Both the position numbers and the translations under genes were made by a program. This document shows, piece by piece, positions 60,162 through 64,000 of a stretch of 64,000 bases of DNA. How positions within the stretch are numbered: position 1 is the first letter of the stretch; each line of letters begins with the position of its first letter. The notes below the pieces were generated by a model, which saw only the letters and a list, made by a program, of their open reading frames with translations, was not told the origin of the DNA and made no database searches. Source of the stretch: Nitrosopumilus sp. (lineage in GTDB: Archaea > Thermoproteota > Nitrososphaeria > Nitrososphaerales > Nitrosopumilaceae); the NCBI GenBank assembly GCA_965218785.1, contig OZ244650.1, positions 640,001-704,000 of the forward strand, written 5' to 3'.

Positions 60162-61673
60162 TTGAAAAGTACCGGCATGATTCTGACGGGTGTGGCATTT
60201 TCATTAATTTTACTCTCCGGCATTACCATACCATCCTACTCTGATTATACATCTCCAAAAAAACAACTAGAATCAGGCGTATTACCTGAGGATGTGACGT
60301 GTAAAGAGAATAGAATCTTGGTGATTCGAGATAACGGATCCCCTGCCTGTGTAACAGAAAAGACTGCAGAAAAGAAGGGATGGAGGATGGTTGCCGGCAA
60401 TCCTGCAGATGAAGTGATTGCACAAGAGTTACAGCTTGATGAGAAAATATCAATACCCGATGATGCAAAAGCAGTGGATCTTATCCCAGATGTGGATGGA
60501 AAACAAAGCCAACTAACAAGATCACAGTATATTATAAAATATAATCAAATGATTTTACAGCAAAATACCTTAAAACAAGAACAAGATAAACAAAAGGATT
60601 CTCAATTACAATATTCTCAAAATCTACCAAAACCGCGTTTTGAAACAGAATTGATCTTGGATAAAATCCCCTCGTTGGGTGAAACAGTTGATTTTAAAAT
60701 AATTAAAACCCCGACAACAGAATTTTTTGAGAAATGGGATGAAACAAAAGACGCAATAAAAAAAGATGCTGAATATGCTCACCGAGTAAATAATGATGCT
60801 AAAAGAACACTTGAATTTTTTCTTGATCCAACCTTTATTCTACATGTAGATGACTTGCCAGAAAACATAGAATCAAAATATAAAGAAAATAACCGTGCAA
60901 TAGAATCTATTTTTACTATTATGTTCCCTATTGATGCATTTGACTATGTGGACTCTTTGAGTATTCCTGGTGCTGCTGAAATCATTACAGGAACTATTAC
61001 CCCAACTAAGGAAGGCGATTATTACTTTGGATTACATGAAACTAGTGGCGGCGGTGATAGTATCGGCTTGCACATAGATGTTGTTGATTCTTTTATCCTG
61101 ACCTGGCCTTATCAACTAACATCCCACTATGAAGGGGATTCAGAAAAGATAAAGCCGACACCCAGAGTAAAAGCAATTGATTTTGATGAATTAATTGCCA
61201 GTAGCGAATATTCAACTTTTGATGAAATAGATAAGGCCATAGAAGGTGGTAAATTAAAACATGAATATTATACATCTTCAGAGATGAACTGGATCAAGTT
61301 TAAAGACAGTAAGCGGGATATCTTAACTTATTTGCCTCTATCTGAGAATGCGCAACATACAACAGCCATACCTGAAAAGATAACAGTTAAAGAAGTTACA
61401 ACAATCACTGTTGATTTAAAATCCCCAAATAATACTGACGAGTTTATAGTTTATGATGCATACTTGGGTCCTGGGTTGGACTTTAAATCAACGTCATATG
61501 CCATGTCTGTTCCACAAGAAACAAACGATCCACCAAAACGATTTAGAAACATATTTTCAGATGGAACAAGGACATTCACCTTTGAAATTGTAGGTTTAGA
61601 ACCTGGTGTATGGATGTTTAAGGACAAACTCAATGACCAAGAATTTCATCGTAGCACGATTATAGTGGAATAA
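60162..61673 (+). CDS. secreted protein with N-terminal SPxKQ...C...PACV...GW module
   Basis: Signal peptide; SPKKQLESGV..DVTCKE...GSPACV..TAEKKGW. Confidence 0.85.
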   Translation: MKSTGMILTGVAFSLILLSGITIPSYSDYTSPKKQLESGVLPEDVTCKENRILVIRDNGSPACVTEKTAEKKGWRMVAGNPADEVIAQELQLDEKISIPDDAKAVDLIPDVDGKQSQLTRSQYIIKYNQMILQQNTLKQEQDKQKDSQLQYSQNLPKPRFETELILDKIPSLGETVDFKIIKTPTTEFFEKWDETKDAIKKDAEYAHRVNNDAKRTLEFFLDPTFILHVDDLPENIESKYKENNRAIESIFTIMFPIDAFDYVDSLSIPGAAEIITGTITPTKEGDYYFGLHETSGGGDSIGLHIDVVDSFILTWPYQLTSHYEGDSEKIKPTPRVKAIDFDELIASSEYSTFDEIDKAIEGGKLKHEYYTSSEMNWIKFKDSKRDILTYLPLSENAQHTTAIPEKITVKEVTTITVDLKSPNNTDEFIVYDAYLGPGLDFKSTSYAMSVPQETNDPPKRFRNIFSDGTRTFTFEIVGLEPGVWMFKDKLNDQEFHRSTIIVE

Positions 61674-61709
61674 ATTAAAAAATGCTTTACACATACCCTT
61701 GCATGCAGT

Positions 61710-62681
61710 CTATCCCAGGTTTGCTTTTAAAAATTCAATGGTTTTCTTCCATGCATCATCTGCCTCTTCTGGAGCATAACGCTGGCCTGTCGGGTTTGCA
61801 AATGCATGATCCACATCTGAATAGATATGAATGTCATTTGGAACCCCTGCTTTATTTAACGCAGCTTCAAATTCATCTACCGTTTCTGGTGGTATCCCCT
61901 GATCTAGTCCTGCAAAAATTCCAAGTACCGGCCAGTTAATTGATGATAATACTTTATGGTCTGTAACCAACCTGCCATAGTAAATTACCGTAGCGTCCAT
62001 TTCATCGTTGTTTAATGCCAGGGTCAGGGACTGCTTTCCGCCAAAACACCACCCGATAGAGCCGATGGATTCTACTTTGTATTTGGTCTGCAGGTAACCC
62101 ACTGCACCGTTCATGTTTGCTATTGCATCATCTTGTACAAACGCCCCGGTCAGTTCTACTGCAGTCTGTGCGTCGTCTGCGACTTTGCCATCAAAGAGAT
62201 CAACTGCCAAGACGACATATCCCTGCGAAGCTAGTTTTTTGGCAGTCTGTTTGATGTTCTCATTTAGTCCCCACCATTCATGAATCAGTATGATTCCCGG
62301 ATGGGATTCATCTGATATCGGGCTTGCAATAAAACCAACACCTCCATCATAGCTGACACTGTCTGTCTCTACCTGATATACGCCCTCCATCATTGATTCA
62401 GAATTCTGCACTGCACCTGGATTCACATCTGCTAAAACATGTTCTGCCCAGCCACGTTTAATCAGCTCCTCGATGCTGCCCTGCTTTACACATGCAGGAT
62501 TTCCCGTAGATGATTTTAACACCAGTAACAGTCCCTCCGTACAGGTGACATCTGTTGTTTTTATCCCGTCGTTGATCTGTTTTAGCGGAGACATTTGATG
62601 TGTGACTGATTCTGCAAATCCTAGATGTGAGCCTCCAAGGACTGCAACGAATAGAAAAATCACAATTATCGTATTATACAC
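61710..62681 (-). CDS. secreted dienelactone hydrolase family protein
   Basis: HEWWGL, GWCFGG, HAFAN; same N-terminal Cys module as 60162. Confidence 0.92.
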   Translation of the reverse strand: MYNTIIVIFLFVAVLGGSHLGFAESVTHQMSPLKQINDGIKTTDVTCTEGLLLVLKSSTGNPACVKQGSIEELIKRGWAEHVLADVNPGAVQNSESMMEGVYQVETDSVSYDGGVGFIASPISDESHPGIILIHEWWGLNENIKQTAKKLASQGYVVLAVDLFDGKVADDAQTAVELTGAFVQDDAIANMNGAVGYLQTKYKVESIGSIGWCFGGKQSLTLALNNDEMDATVIYYGRLVTDHKVLSSINWPVLGIFAGLDQGIPPETVDEFEAALNKAGVPNDIHIYSDVDHAFANPTGQRYAPEEADDAWKKTIEFLKANLG

Positions 62682-62820
62682 AACATGCCTTGATTCTGTC
62701 TATATTTTATTATATTCAATTTTTGTCACGCATTTGGGATATTTTTCAAAAAACTTCGGTGGGATGTGATGTGTATAGGGACACCGATCTCCTTAAATTC
62801 TAGAATCGCATTGGAATATC

Positions 62821-63288
62821 ATGAGCAAAATGCTGATGCCAACCGTGCTGTTATCTGTGATGGCAGTTGTAATGGTTTTTGGTTCTGCATCACATGTCTT
62901 GGCAGACTCTGACGGTGAGGCAAAGTCATACAAACGACATTGGGCAATCCCGATCGGAGATGCGTCTGGTTCACTAGAAATTACGCCAGATACTGACAAA
63001 GCCGAGCTTGAAAAAAGCGTATTGCCGCTAGAGATAGCAGCTGCGGAATATTCTGATATCCACAAGGCAAAACTTGGAAAGGCAGTCAATGATGAAGGCA
63101 GGTATTTTCTTGTATGGAATCTTGTAAGTTATGGCCACGATACAGAATCTGATACAAAATTCAAAACAATATACGTACTTGATGCTGGTACGGGAGAGCC
63201 GTTAGCTGATCCAATAACAAAAGAGGGAGGCGGTTCATGTGGAGATAAGGACAAGCCACAAACAAAACGTACCGGGGCAAACGCCTAG
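62821..63288 (+). CDS. secreted hypothetical protein (PepSY-like)
   Basis: Signal peptide; YVLDAGTGE motif. Confidence 0.75.
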   Translation: MSKMLMPTVLLSVMAVVMVFGSASHVLADSDGEAKSYKRHWAIPIGDASGSLEITPDTDKAELEKSVLPLEIAAAEYSDIHKAKLGKAVNDEGRYFLVWNLVSYGHDTESDTKFKTIYVLDAGTGEPLADPITKEGGGSCGDKDKPQTKRTGANA

Positions 63289-63555
63289 AGTCCTTTTTTA
63301 ATAATTGGGACTATTGATTCAAATTTAATCAAATCATTAAATCAAAAGCGATTTTCTTACTCGTATCTTAACTGCGATATATTGGGGATGCATATCGTGC
63401 AACTAAACACTACAAGACGGCAAAACCGGTGCGTGACTGAATATCTGATGACAGGCGTGGCAACCACTTTGCGATGATCTGATTTTAGTTACTCTTTGTT
63501 GACTTGGATGTAACCGTAATTGATCCTTGAATCTTAACTAATTTTTTCTAAACGT

Positions 63556-63915
63556 ATGGTTGGAATGACTGATCCTTTAAAGGCACGACTGGAAAAATTC
63601 AAGAAAATCTCCGAATCTGCCACCCGCAGGGCAAATATGTACGGCGAAATTGCCCAGTTCAACGACAAACACACTGCTGATTCACTGGGCGCCCTCCAAA
63701 AGGCACCCGCACCTGGTAAAAAACTCCAAAAAATAGGATTTATGATGTTGTGGATTCCTGAACCTACCGGCGTTACCTGTGCAGTAGGCGGTCCGATGAT
63801 AGTCGCCGGACGATACCTTGAAAAAAAATACAACAGTGCCACCATCCATGATGTCGGTCATGAGACAAAAAACACCATCTCAACAATTCACGACTTTAAG
63901 AATTCCATAATGTAA
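63556..63915 (+). CDS. hypothetical protein
   Basis: 119-aa ORF with central hydrophobic PEP segment. Confidence 0.7.
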   Translation: MVGMTDPLKARLEKFKKISESATRRANMYGEIAQFNDKHTADSLGALQKAPAPGKKLQKIGFMMLWIPEPTGVTCAVGGPMIVAGRYLEKKYNSATIHDVGHETKNTISTIHDFKNSIM

Positions 63916-64000
63916 CACTTGGTTTTTAAATGGATTGATCCAAATTAATTCATGACCACCAGGACCCAGGTAATAGTTCCAATCTTTATTGCCGCAGTAA

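Overview
Chromosomal window from an ammonia-oxidising-type archaeon (Nitrosopumilaceae-like, inferred from gene content: Vps4/CdvC with an ESCRT-III-like neighbour, PINA ATPase, stand-alone A/V-ATPase F subunit, archaeal AspRS). Core blocks are gltA, TrmB/cdv, carAB, lsrF-like aldolase, ilvB-ilvH-leuA-leuB, aspS and mpg-udg-tldD. They are interrupted by accessory DNA: a 4311-aa repeat-built surface protein, other secreted proteins, three toxin-antitoxin pairs and many decayed IS630/IS6/IS481 pieces. Signals outside the ORF track: (1) an 18-codon leader ORF ending LLVVLL with three overlapping alternative hairpins just upstream of the ilv-leu operon, an attenuator-like design in an archaeon; (2) a 1.3-kb transposase-free composite element with perfect 37-bp inverted ends and an 8-bp target duplication carrying a RelE-type TA pair; (3) a ClpP-fold protease with a tightly linked 60-aa partner; (4) a (NKPQNNSQ)n tandem-repeat tail on the LsrF-like enzyme; (5) carA apparently lacking a canonical start codon. 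No rRNA, tRNA or CRISPR array was recognised. All calls are by eye; no database searches were run.
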